From IMG/VR virus record IMGVR_UViG_2541047918_000003: a stretch of 47,928 nt of DNA; one strand, written 5' to 3'. How positions within the stretch are numbered: the first letter of the stretch is position 1; each line of letters begins with the position of its first letter. This stretch comes from a virus. Its lineage: Duplodnaviria > Heunggongvirae > Uroviricota > Caudoviricetes. Position numbers and translations under genes: made by a program. Under the pieces are notes generated by a model. It was not told the DNA's origin. It did no database searches and saw only the letters and a list, made by a program, of their open reading frames with translations. Positions 9,905 to 19,368 of the stretch are shown here, piece by piece.

Positions 9905-12900
9905 TCAGGCACTGCATAATCCTCCGTCCCGACGTGATGACTGCATAATTGACACAACCCTGCTGTCGATCAGATCCACCAGTCCCTTGGCTGACTGCGT
10001 ATCTATCTCGCCATTGCTCCCTTTATTCTGAATACTGATGTGATATACGGGAGAATAAACAAATCCACCGCCACCATTCACATTGCCAATGGCTCTGACT
10101 CCAAGAGAGCCGTCCGCTGCCCGAGTCAGTGGCATGATAGCTTCAGGCCCGGCCTCGCCCATCAGCCCGGCACCTTTCGCAAAAGCAAAATACGTCGGGG
10201 TATCCACAATGGTGTTACTGTAAGCACTCAGATTTGCCGATGTATAAACACCACCTTTTGCGTTTGCCACTGCACCGGAAAGCCAGTCGCCGACTGTACC
10301 AAGCCATCCTCCGGCACCGGACATGCTTTTGGAAAGTGACTTCAGCCCGTTAACGATGGCAGCGTTCATCAGAATTTTTGAAACTTCCTGGAGAATTGAA
10401 CTCCCCCAGTTTCTCCAGTCCACAACATTTCCGGCCAGTGCATCGGAAATATTTGATACCAGCCCGTCCATCGTGGAAACGACAGCATCTGCCGCCTGCG
10501 AAGCATAATCGGTGGCACTGTCTGCCCAGTTCGTCAGCCCCTCTTTGAGCCCGGCATTCCAGTTACTGCGTAAAGCATCAGCCTTTACATAATAATCCTG
10601 CTGATCGCTGAGACGCTCTTCCAGATATTTTTTATTCAGCTCTTTCTCCTGTTTCCACAGGGCTTCTTCAATTTCTCCGGCCTGATACTGTCTCAGTAGC
10701 TCGTTATTTTTCTGCTCAAACTCCTGCCGGATGCTCCACATTTCCTGAAGTCGTTCACGCATCCGTGAGCCTTCACCATATCCCAGTAACTGAGCCTCAT
10801 TTGATGCTCTGACACTGGCATTACTGTCCGCCAGACTGCTCTCATACGCAGCAAGCTGCTCACGAATCTTTTTCTGGTCGATAAGTGCTGCATTCTGCAA
10901 AAGCGTTTTTTTCTGCGCTTCTGACAGGGTTGATAATTCGCCCTGACTGACCTGATATTTCATCTTAGCCAGTTCAGTATTCTGCCCTGCCAGTGCTATC
11001 TGTTCTTTTTGCTGTTTAATCAGCCGTTTATAAATATCCTCTGTTTTTTCCGCTTCGGTCTTTTTATGCGCTTTGGGTTTATTTGCCTGGTTATTTCGCC
11101 ATGCATCCAGTGAGTTATTTATATAATTCAGTCTTGCTGTCTGATACGCCTCTCCCACAAATCCGAGATCATCCGCAGCATAACCCAGGCGGGCACGCTC
11201 ACGAGCTTCCCCCTTCAGGCGGGACAGAGCCAGTTCGCGCTCGCTGTTATTCAGTGCGGTCTGCTGTTTATCATCCAGGGTTGCCTGTGGTAGCCGTAAC
11301 GGTACATTCACCAGCCCCTGTCGCTGCTGAAGTAATTCATTACCGAGCCCGAGAAGGCGATTAAACTCGGTATGCTGCCCATTCATGATCAACAGGGACT
11401 GATACGCTTTGTTTTGTTCCGCTGCCTGTTGACGGATCAACGCCACCCGTCGCTCCTCCAGCCCGGCAAGCACATCCTGAATGGATTGCGCTTTGCCCTG
11501 CATTTGAGTGAGGCGAGACTGTTCAACTGCCAGTTGATTTGTTGCTTCTGCAAGCCCTTCTGTGACAGTTTTTACCGACGTCATGTGGTTAATCATAAAA
11601 CCGTTATCGGTTGTCCAGCCCGGGTTTGCCAGCACATACTGATAGCCAGCAATTTTTTCCTGTAAGGATTTAATCTTACTTTTCTGCTCGTCAATTAACC
11701 TGTTTTGCTCCTTCAGTGCCTGTCGCGTCTTTTCCTCATTATCTGACGCTTCAGGAAGCGACATTGCCGACGTTTTCTGGCGAATTTCGTCGATTGTTGC
11801 GGCATACTGGCGTGCAGATTCTCTGGCCTGCTCCTGATTCTGATACATCGTGTACCAGGCCGCAGCCCCCAGCATGACGAGTCCCGGCACACCACCAACC
11901 AGCCCCAGCGCGCCACTTAATAAACGACTCCCCACTGACGTAACATTATTCAGCGTTGTCTGTGCCGCTGTTCTGGCCGCAATATTACGGGTAAGTGACA
12001 CCTGGGCAGCTGTCAGCTTCGCTTCTGCTGCGGCCTGCCTTTCGGTACCGCGAGCAGCAACAACCGCCTGTTGCGCACGATAAACCGCCGCACGCGCCCT
12101 GGCGGTTGCTATCTGTGTCCCCCGAAGTTGCACTTCAGCAAGAGCCACTTCGTTTCTGGCTGCAGTAATTAATCCGGCAGTTGCAGATCCAGCAGACGAC
12201 GCCATATTGCCAAAATATCGGGCTACCCCGACGGCAACCAGAGCACCAGCAGCGGTTGCCACGGTGTCAATATTGCCTGCAATACCATTCAGCACACCGG
12301 AGAGCGTCTTCGTCACTCCGCTTGCCTCGTTCGCACCACCAACCCAGGCCATAAAGGCGTTTTCAACTTTGGTTGCAGAGGATGAAACCGTATCAGGCAT
12401 TGCTGCATATTCATCACGCAACGCCCCAAGCTGACTAATCAGTGCAGGAACAACCTTATCGGCGGTCAGTTTTCCGTTATCCGCCATGGCCTTCAGATCC
12501 TTACGGGCAACCCCCATTCCCGCAGCCAGCGCACGAATAACACGATCGCCGTTCTCATTCACCGAGTTAAACTCTTCACCGCGCAGCACTCCCTGCGCCA
12601 GTGCCTGACTGAACTGCGTGATCACCGAACTGGCTTCTGCTGTACTGGCACCGGATAATTTCAGGCCCGTGGAGATCGCCTCGGTGACTTTCAGTACCTC
12701 CTCAGAACTGTAACCATACTCCCGCATGGAAGCTGCAGAACGGGCAAAAAGGCTGGCGTTATCAGAAAACGCCGTCCCCGTTCTCTGGCTGATCGCCATT
12801 AATTCACGCTGTGATGACTGAAAATCATCACTGGACTGTGAGGCCTGCTTCAGACGGGCATTTACTGAATTCCACTCATCAGCGAGAGAAATAAGATGAC

Positions 12901-13150
12901 CGGTAGCAAAAGCCCCGGCAAATGCCCCCGCCATGTTCAGTGCCGAAGATTTAGCTGTATTTATCTGATCCGTCACTTCTGCCAGTGCACGCCGCATTTC
13001 ACGGGATGCAGCAGCGGACTGTCGGCCTCCGTTCTGCATGGTACGGTAGTAATCCTGCCCCATACGCGAAGCCCGGGAGATCTCTGACTGGAATGACCGG
13101 GAATTTGCCGAGATTTTAATAATCAATTCACGTAATGTCGCCACACTCAT
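9905..13150 (-). CDS. H: tail tape measure protein H
   Basis: 1081 aa; coiled-coil-rich; position between G/GT and M. Confidence 0.85.
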   Translation of the reverse strand: MSVATLRELIIKISANSRSFQSEISRASRMGQDYYRTMQNGGRQSAAASREMRRALAEVTDQINTAKSSALNMAGAFAGAFATGHLISLADEWNSVNARLKQASQSSDDFQSSQRELMAISQRTGTAFSDNASLFARSAASMREYGYSSEEVLKVTEAISTGLKLSGASTAEASSVITQFSQALAQGVLRGEEFNSVNENGDRVIRALAAGMGVARKDLKAMADNGKLTADKVVPALISQLGALRDEYAAMPDTVSSSATKVENAFMAWVGGANEASGVTKTLSGVLNGIAGNIDTVATAAGALVAVGVARYFGNMASSAGSATAGLITAARNEVALAEVQLRGTQIATARARAAVYRAQQAVVAARGTERQAAAEAKLTAAQVSLTRNIAARTAAQTTLNNVTSVGSRLLSGALGLVGGVPGLVMLGAAAWYTMYQNQEQARESARQYAATIDEIRQKTSAMSLPEASDNEEKTRQALKEQNRLIDEQKSKIKSLQEKIAGYQYVLANPGWTTDNGFMINHMTSVKTVTEGLAEATNQLAVEQSRLTQMQGKAQSIQDVLAGLEERRVALIRQQAAEQNKAYQSLLIMNGQHTEFNRLLGLGNELLQQRQGLVNVPLRLPQATLDDKQQTALNNSERELALSRLKGEARERARLGYAADDLGFVGEAYQTARLNYINNSLDAWRNNQANKPKAHKKTEAEKTEDIYKRLIKQQKEQIALAGQNTELAKMKYQVSQGELSTLSEAQKKTLLQNAALIDQKKIREQLAAYESSLADSNASVRASNEAQLLGYGEGSRMRERLQEMWSIRQEFEQKNNELLRQYQAGEIEEALWKQEKELNKKYLEERLSDQQDYYVKADALRSNWNAGLKEGLTNWADSATDYASQAADAVVSTMDGLVSNISDALAGNVVDWRNWGSSILQEVSKILMNAAIVNGLKSLSKSMSGAGGWLGTVGDWLSGAVANAKGGVYTSANLSAYSNTIVDTPTYFAFAKGAGLMGEAGPEAIMPLTRAADGSLGVRAIGNVNGGGGFVYSPVYHISIQNKGSNGEIDTQSAKGLVDLIDSRVVSIMQSSRRDGGLCSA

Positions 13151-13160
13151 TCTCCGGACG

Positions 13161-13182
13161 AAAAAAAACCGCCGAAGCGGTT
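13161..13182 (-). terminator. terminator-like hairpin between GT and H
   Basis: AACCGC TTCG GCGGTT followed by T8 on the minus strand, directly upstream of the H start. Confidence 0.35.
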
Positions 13183-13190
13183 ATGTTGAC

Positions 13191-13879
13191 TCACTGAGAC
13201 ACTATTAAAAGCGCGTTTTCCAGTCCAGCAAATGGATCTGATACGCCTTCTGTCTGCTCCTTCTCCCACTGAAGAAGCGCATCATTCAGTGGCACTTTGA
13301 CCCCCTGCGCACCGTAAACAGCTGAAACAATCTGGGCAGCCCGGATATCAGCCCGTTCGTCCCCCAGCGGGCTGAACCTGTCAAATTCTGCCCACATCAT
13401 GATTTCTGATGCGGACATTTCCCGGCGTAACTCTGACAATGTGCGCCCCATCCTGAGCGCCAGCATCATCAGAAAACGCATCCCCGGAAGCGCTACTTTT
13501 TTTTAACCTCGCCGGCATCACTGATTAGTTCCAGAGACTGCCGAAGAAGCCGCGCATGCACCGGGCCATACACGGCAATCACCTGTTCACGATCATCCTC
13601 TGAAAATACAGGTTGCAGTCCGGTATCACACAGAACATCGATGAACAGTTCAACATCCGCTTCCAGATTTCGGCGGGCGCGCTCCGCAACGGATAACGGT
13701 GTCTCATCATCTTTTGCTTTAACGATCTCCTGCCAGCGCAACCAGGCTTCTGCAGAAGGTTCCCGTAATACAACCGTTGCCCCTTCCCATTCAGGCACAT
13801 CAACAGTTTTATGGCGAAACCCCGACATCGTTGCCAGTGCCAGATTACGGATATTTTTAGTCATCACATCTATCCTCAT
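13191..13879 (-). CDS. T: tail assembly chaperone GT fusion, made by a -1 programmed frameshift
   Basis: T-frame ORF (13191-13481) is in the -1 frame relative to G; slippery A AAA AAG sits immediately before the G stop. Confidence 0.65.
13493..13879 (-). CDS. G: tail assembly chaperone G
   Basis: 128 aa; ends VKKK-stop; start overlaps the V stop (TAATG). Confidence 0.75.
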   Translation of the reverse strand: MRIDVMTKNIRNLALATMSGFRHKTVDVPEWEGATVVLREPSAEAWLRWQEIVKAKDDETPLSVAERARRNLEADVELFIDVLCDTGLQPVFSEDDREQVIAVYGPVHARLLRQSLELISDAGEVKKK

Positions 13880-14583
13880 TAACTGACGGTAACAGTGCAG
13901 GAAGTAGAGGTCACTTTGTTAACCGGGCTTGCTGAATCAGAAATCTCGCAGGTATATGCACCCGCATAACCGGATACTGCCGATGCCTTACTGAACGTTG
14001 CCGCCGTCTGTCCGGAAACAGGAGAACCACCTTTCTTCCAGACATAAGAATAAGGCGGCACACCACCCGCAGCCTCAACCGCCATTTCAAGTTTCGATCC
14101 GGAAGCAACCCGCAGCGTGCTTTTTAAATCGACCTTCACTTTCAGCGGCTCTGTCGTCAGCACAGGTTTACCTTTCAGGCGCAGAGAAAACGTTGCAGCC
14201 ACAACACCATTGGTTCCTGCAGACCAGGTATGCTGACGCACCTCTGCCATAAAGGTAAATCCGTTGCCTGACGGAAAAATAACTTTAAAGCCATACGTGG
14301 TGTCATTGTCATAGGCACTGCGCAACGCGTTCTGGGCAGCATTGAGGTAAAAGTTGCCTGACATGGAAATCTCTGAAGCAGCACCAAGGCCGTTAATATT
14401 TTCCTGCTCAACAGAACACAGCGTGGTGACATCAATATCCTGCTTTTGTCCTGCAGTAAACTGCACCTCTTTGATTGTACAGCTCAGGCCAAGATAGCTG
14501 GCAGAATCCAGGGTTTCTGCTGTTACCGGTGCAGACGAAATCATAATTTTCGTCAGTTGCGAACGCTCAAAATTAGAGGACAT
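13879..14583 (-). CDS. V: major tail protein V with C-terminal Ig-like domain
   Basis: MSSNFERSQ... start with GGAG upstream; Ig-like C-terminus (...YTCEISDSASPVNKVTSTSCTVTV). Confidence 0.8.
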   Translation of the reverse strand: MSSNFERSQLTKIMISSAPVTAETLDSASYLGLSCTIKEVQFTAGQKQDIDVTTLCSVEQENINGLGAASEISMSGNFYLNAAQNALRSAYDNDTTYGFKVIFPSGNGFTFMAEVRQHTWSAGTNGVVAATFSLRLKGKPVLTTEPLKVKVDLKSTLRVASGSKLEMAVEAAGGVPPYSYVWKKGGSPVSGQTAATFSKASAVSGYAGAYTCEISDSASPVNKVTSTSCTVTVS

Positions 14584-14596
14584 ACTCGTCTCCTGA

Positions 14597-14622
14597 AAAT
14601 AAAAAACCCGCCAGCGGCGGGT
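14597..14622 (-). terminator. terminator-like hairpin upstream of V
   Basis: ACCCGCC/GGCGGGT stem followed by T6ATTTT on the minus strand. Confidence 0.4.
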
Positions 14623-14642
14623 GGGTAAAATCATTAACGACC

Positions 14643-14987
14643 TCAGGCTATTACCTGAAATTCAAGCGTGGCTCTGCTCAGACGGGAGTCAGGATCATAC
14701 CCCTGCGTTTTAGAAATAACGGAGGGTGCCAGTTTCCTTACTGCATCAAGCGCCTGCTCACGAATATCATCTGCGTCATCAGGTACTGTCGCCCAGACAT
14801 CGATCTGCACGGTAATTCTGGATTCAGCCTGCCCATCAAGCACATCAGATGCCGTGTCAGACACCACAGAAAACACCAGCCACGGCGGAGATACCGCAGG
14901 CTTTCCCTCCGTCAGCGGGACCACATAAGGATAAACCTGTCCTCCGGCCAGCTGAGACAACAGGGAATACAGTGTGCCCTCCCTCAT
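14643..14987 (-). CDS. tail terminator / tail completion protein (U-position)
   Basis: 114 aa; positional; ATGA overlap with the upstream gene. Confidence 0.5.
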   Translation of the reverse strand: MREGTLYSLLSQLAGGQVYPYVVPLTEGKPAVSPPWLVFSVVSDTASDVLDGQAESRITVQIDVWATVPDDADDIREQALDAVRKLAPSVISKTQGYDPDSRLSRATLEFQVIA

Positions 14988-15430
14988 TTACTTAAGACCT
15001 CATCAATAGCCTGATTCATTCGCTGTATGGCAACCTGCGCCGCCAGCTCCTCTGTCGTATCGAAAGCCGGGCGAATGAATGGATGCGCGGGCATGTTTAT
15101 CGTTCCCAGCTCCACAAAGCGCCAGTAAAATGCATTTCGGGGATCGCTGGCTTTCATGCTGTTATCACTGTTTCCGGTTCGCAGGTTCCGTCCGCGAATG
15201 TGGACACCCGAGATAATTTCCCCCCGACGCTTTGAACGCTGAGTGAGAACAACCACATTTTTCTTCAGTTTCCCGGTTCGCTCCGGCGCACGTTCAACAA
15301 CTGCATCCCGCATAACTTCAGCACCGGCACGGGTGGCATCGCGCAGAACCTTATTGTTTTCTGCCCTGCTGAGCGTCTCCAGATCCCGTGCAATATCCGC
15401 CAGGCCGGAAAAATCAAGACTGAAATCCAT
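14984..15430 (-). CDS. HK97 gp10-family head-tail joining protein
   Basis: 148 aa from the ATG at 15430; gp10-family-like sequence; gene order. Confidence 0.55.
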   Translation of the reverse strand: MDFSLDFSGLADIARDLETLSRAENNKVLRDATRAGAEVMRDAVVERAPERTGKLKKNVVVLTQRSKRRGEIISGVHIRGRNLRTGNSDNSMKASDPRNAFYWRFVELGTINMPAHPFIRPAFDTTEELAAQVAIQRMNQAIDEVLSK

Positions 15431-15768
15431 CACACATTCCCCTTCAGGCTGCAGAGTATTTCAAGCCGGGTAGCGCGTGCATCCGGTATTGGTGGACCTT
15501 CTATACCCAGAATGGCCCCTTTAAATGCACCGGTCAGCACTTTCAGACGTGAAGTCGCTGTCACATCGCGCCGGAATCTCATCCAGACTCTGACCGTAGC
15601 CTGAGCGGTTTCTGCTCCGCCTGAGATTATCTCCCTCCCGCTGATACCCTTAACTTCTGCCCATACGGTAGCTCCCTCCGTCACCGTCTCCACCGGATGC
15701 CCTGACGGAGAGCGGGCGGTGGTGACATTCAGAATAATTACGCGATCACGTAATCTGCCCGCCTGCAT
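15430..15768 (-). CDS. head-tail adaptor / head closure protein
   Basis: 112 aa; strong AGGAGGAG upstream; gene order. Confidence 0.55.
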   Translation of the reverse strand: MQAGRLRDRVIILNVTTARSPSGHPVETVTEGATVWAEVKGISGREIISGGAETAQATVRVWMRFRRDVTATSRLKVLTGAFKGAILGIEGPPIPDARATRLEILCSLKGNV

Positions 15769-15776
15769 GTCTCCTC

Positions 15777-16094
15777 CTACAAAGGAATAAAACGATAAGG
15801 CTCCAGCAGAGAAGAAAAACCAAACGGGACTGGTGCCTTGCTGACATCTGAGGAATTTTCCCGGTTTTCGTACCAGTGCCCGACCAGCAACATGAGCGCC
15901 AGCAAAACATCATCAGCTATAAGCACCCCTTCAGGATCACCTTCCGGCACCGTCTCCTCATAAAGCTTACGGTTGATAAAATTTTCTGCCTTGCGGCAGG
16001 CAGCCCGGAAATACAGCATCAGTAACTCATCATCAGTTGCATCATCTGTATCAATACGGCACTGCGCCCTGAGTTTTTCCACTATTGCTGCCAT
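15777..16094 (-). CDS. head-tail connector protein (gp6-like)
   Basis: Start MAAIVEKLRAQ at the ATG at 16094 with GGAG upstream; the longer track ORF starts inside a hairpin region. Confidence 0.5.
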   Translation of the reverse strand: MAAIVEKLRAQCRIDTDDATDDELLMLYFRAACRKAENFINRKLYEETVPEGDPEGVLIADDVLLALMLLVGHWYENRENSSDVSKAPVPFGFSSLLEPYRFIPL

Positions 16095-16125
16095 CAGAAA
16101 CTCCTGCCCGCAACACTGTGCGGGC

Positions 16126-16149
16126 ATAAAAAAACCGCGTCGGCGCGGT
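16126..16149 (-). terminator. intrinsic terminator after the major capsid gene
   Basis: ACCGCG CCGA CGCGGT followed by T7 on the minus strand; a second perfect 8-bp hairpin (16104-16125) lies between it and the connector RBS. Confidence 0.5.
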
Positions 16150-16170
16150 CTGTAACTGAACAACGAGTGG

Positions 16171-17388
16171 TTATTTGCCAGTGAGCGCCTTGATGGCTGC
16201 CACATCTTCCAGCACACAGTCAAAACGATGGAAAGCCAGAAATGCCACCTGATCAAACTCAGCATAACGCTCAACCAGACGTTTCAGTTCCATATAAGTA
16301 ACGCGGCGAATGATAAAGCGGTTGAAATCCCCCAGGAAAATGAATTTTTTTCCGGTACCAATCCCGTCAATAGCCTGATCAATAACATAAGGGATCCCCA
16401 GCACAGTAGCCGGCGTACCGCCTGCAATATCCGGCAGCCATAACGGGCGTTTCTGCCCATCCTCCATCTCTTCAATAGTCTGCAATGTGGCATCATTGAA
16501 TGCCCAGCGGTATTTCGGCCCACCACGATATGCCGGATCAATGGCATGTTTCAGGGCATTCATTTCTTTCCAGGTGAAAGCGGCAGAGGCTGCAGTCTGG
16601 ATGGTTCCCGTCACCGACGCTGCCAGCCCTTTTGGCTGTAACGGTGATCCCGTTCCGGTCCCCTGAACCAGATATTTTGCCTCTCCACGACCAATACGCT
16701 GGGCAATACGGTTTGCCAGATAAGATTCAATATCCACCCCACTGTCCTGGAGCAGCTCATTGGACACACGAATTATTTTTGATGACAGCTTTTTAGCCCC
16801 CAGAATAGCGGTCCCGAACGTCACATCCTGTTCCGTTGCGGCTGTATTTTCCGCCAGCAGTTCGCCCTCTTCAGTCGTGCCATCAGACGTTGACCAGGTG
16901 ATATCCTGCCCGGTTGATGTGGTCAGAAGTTGCGCCACACTGGCAATCCCGCCATAAGCCTTCATGGTGTCAATGATTTTGTTACGCATCTGCGTGGGCA
17001 CCGTATATCCGCCCTGAGAATCCGTTGTTACACTCTGAGCCCGCAGTTCACGCATCAGATTACGCTCTTCAGCATTCAGTTCTGCAAATCCGGCACGCAG
17101 AAAACGGTTAAATGCCGCAGCGCGCTTCTCTTCCACCGCCTTTTTCCCGTTCTCCGCCTCATTATTCTGGCGCTCTTCCGGCCCGGACTCATCCACATAT
17201 GCCTGATCCTGACGGCGCAACTCTTCTTCACGGGCGATTTGCTCATCCAGCGCATCCAGCTCAGCTTTCGCCCTGTTCCACTCTGCCCGTTGCTCATCAG
17301 TCCATGCGTTATCACCAATTTTTTCATGCAGTGCACGCATATCCTTTGCAATGGTGTTTCGTTTTTGCTTCATCTCATGAAGTTTCAT
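16171..17388 (-). CDS. major capsid protein, HK97 fold, with N-terminal delta/scaffold domain
   Basis: 405 aa; coiled-coil N-terminus then capsid domain; follows the prohead protease. Confidence 0.85.
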   Translation of the reverse strand: MKLHEMKQKRNTIAKDMRALHEKIGDNAWTDEQRAEWNRAKAELDALDEQIAREEELRRQDQAYVDESGPEERQNNEAENGKKAVEEKRAAAFNRFLRAGFAELNAEERNLMRELRAQSVTTDSQGGYTVPTQMRNKIIDTMKAYGGIASVAQLLTTSTGQDITWSTSDGTTEEGELLAENTAATEQDVTFGTAILGAKKLSSKIIRVSNELLQDSGVDIESYLANRIAQRIGRGEAKYLVQGTGTGSPLQPKGLAASVTGTIQTAASAAFTWKEMNALKHAIDPAYRGGPKYRWAFNDATLQTIEEMEDGQKRPLWLPDIAGGTPATVLGIPYVIDQAIDGIGTGKKFIFLGDFNRFIIRRVTYMELKRLVERYAEFDQVAFLAFHRFDCVLEDVAAIKALTGK

Positions 17389-17402
17389 CGTCAGTAGTAT
17401 CC

Positions 17403-18002
17403 TTATGCATTAAGAAGGGTCAAAAGACGCTCACGCGCCATTCGTTCGTTAACAGCTTTCTTCAGCGCACCACTCGCCCGCGCTTCCTGCCAGGCTTTCA
17501 TTGAGCGGACACCAGAGTCTGCGTCCTGATAGGCCGGATATGTCACCGGGCTGACGTCATACAGACGAGAAATGCGCGTGATTTCCCGGATAACAATCCC
17601 CTCGTCGTCTTCATACCAGCTCTCTCCGTCACGGGCGACACGAAACGCGAACGAGGACTGATTAATGTCACCACGCAACATTGGAGACAGCACCAGGTCA
17701 CAAATAGTCGGAGTATCCGGTGCAACAATGTCATAACGTAAACCGCGTTCATCCACCGACAATGACAACGTGCCGGCAGAACTTCGTCCGAGAATGAAAT
17801 TAGGATCATGATTAAACAAGCCACGTACATCATCATTCAGTACATCATCAAAAGCCCCCGGCTTGATGATTTCACGAAATCCCCACAGAGGTTCTGAACG
17901 ACTGTTAAATACCGAGCCATACCCCAGAATGTGGGTCGGGGCATTATCATATTGTTCCGCCCGCACCTCCCCGCTGTAACAGCGCGTTTCACGGTCATTC
18001 AT
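17403..18002 (-). CDS. prohead protease (HK97 family)
   Basis: 199 aa; between portal and capsid. Confidence 0.8.
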   Translation of the reverse strand: MNDRETRCYSGEVRAEQYDNAPTHILGYGSVFNSRSEPLWGFREIIKPGAFDDVLNDDVRGLFNHDPNFILGRSSAGTLSLSVDERGLRYDIVAPDTPTICDLVLSPMLRGDINQSSFAFRVARDGESWYEDDEGIVIREITRISRLYDVSPVTYPAYQDADSGVRSMKAWQEARASGALKKAVNERMARERLLTLLNA

Positions 18003-19221
18003 CGTTCTTTTCCTCTTTGCCTTTCGTATCTTTAAAGTTATTCAACGGATTTGCTGCATTTACGCTGACCAGCATTTCATCCAGACCGTCAACCGGGTTC
18101 ATATCCTCAAATGCCCTGGCTTCATTCCGACTCATCCAGCCATCTGTAATGGCAAAGTGATAGAACTGCGCACGCTCCTGTGGGGTCCCACGGAGCAACC
18201 CCGTGAGGTTGAAACGAACGTAATACCCGGCAGCCCGTTCTGTACGGGTAAACAGGCGACGGTTAAGCTCCTGCTCCCAGTTCGCAACCCAGGGCATCAT
18301 CGTGTAGCGAACAAACTGAATCGCCTGCTGCGTAATATTCGAAAATGTGGCTTTTTCCAGGTCATTAATCATGTGCGCCGGGACATTAAAAATCCCGGCA
18401 ATCATCGACCGGTTCAGCTTGGTCATATCAATGATCTGAGCATCCACCGGAGAAACTGTCAGAGCGCGGTAATCCAGTTGCGCAGGCAGCAACATGGTTT
18501 TATTTTCCTGGCTGCGAAGCGCTGTCACCGCCCGCTGCCACATATTTTTAAGCCTGCCCCAGCTTTGTTCGTTCAGTTCATTTTTCACAGAAATAATACC
18601 GGCAGGACGGGCATTACCGTTAAAAAAGGCGCTGGTATACTGCTGGCCACTCATTCCCATACCAATGGTTTCAGCATGCTGCATGATCGGGCTCAGTCCC
18701 ATTTTCTGATTGTTTCCCAGCGCCCTGATATGGATCATGTCGTCCGGACTTACCGCAAATGCACCCTCTTCGTTATACACCCCGTAAGTATGACGCCCAC
18801 CGGTGTTAAGTAACGTGGTTTCCCATGGCATACAGCATTCAAGGCTGGTAACCTCTCCACGACGATTACGTTTTACCCACGTATAACCATTGCCCCACCC
18901 CAGCACATGACGCTGCTTCAGTTCCCGCCACTTATAGCTGGTCTGCCAGGCATTAGGTTCATCATGAACGAGCCAGAACAACGGATGATCGCGTGCCGGC
19001 TGAACATGCTCATTCGTTTTTCGCATCACATGCAGGGGCATCTGAGCCACACTGGATGAAATAACATAAATACAGGCATAGACAGCAGCCAGCTTCATGG
19101 ATGTTTCCGGACTGACATACACATCCCGGGCAAAAATATTATCCGTCTCAGCGGCCTCTCCGGTTACCGGAACCGAGGGATTTTCCAGAGGCTCACTGCG
19201 AAACAGAGCATCAAGAAGCAT
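17995..19221 (-). CDS. portal protein (HK97 family)
   Basis: 408 aa; AGGAG upstream of the ATG; follows terminase. Confidence 0.85.
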   Translation of the reverse strand: MLLDALFRSEPLENPSVPVTGEAAETDNIFARDVYVSPETSMKLAAVYACIYVISSSVAQMPLHVMRKTNEHVQPARDHPLFWLVHDEPNAWQTSYKWRELKQRHVLGWGNGYTWVKRNRRGEVTSLECCMPWETTLLNTGGRHTYGVYNEEGAFAVSPDDMIHIRALGNNQKMGLSPIMQHAETIGMGMSGQQYTSAFFNGNARPAGIISVKNELNEQSWGRLKNMWQRAVTALRSQENKTMLLPAQLDYRALTVSPVDAQIIDMTKLNRSMIAGIFNVPAHMINDLEKATFSNITQQAIQFVRYTMMPWVANWEQELNRRLFTRTERAAGYYVRFNLTGLLRGTPQERAQFYHFAITDGWMSRNEARAFEDMNPVDGLDEMLVSVNAANPLNNFKDTKGKEEKNDE

Positions 19222-19368
19222 GTTTTCTCCTCATGGACACCACCAGTGCATAAAGCAGCAACAAACAGCCCGACAGCATCAGAGACGCTGGCAGACCTGC
19301 ATACAGATAAACGCCAGCAGTGAGCAAACCGAAACCGATCAGCCCGGTCATATCAGTAATAAGCTGTT

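Noticed and set aside
15777-16274. Long 165-aa version of the connector ORF with a hydrophobic N-terminus
   Set aside because: The extension runs through two terminator hairpins and the capsid 3' region; the internal ATG at 16094 has a GGAG RBS and gives a typical ~105-aa connector.
19211-19351. 46-aa hydrophobic ORF spanning the terminase-portal junction
   Set aside because: No ribosome binding site and it overlaps both neighbouring genes; hydrophobicity is probably chance. Kept only as a very weak possibility.
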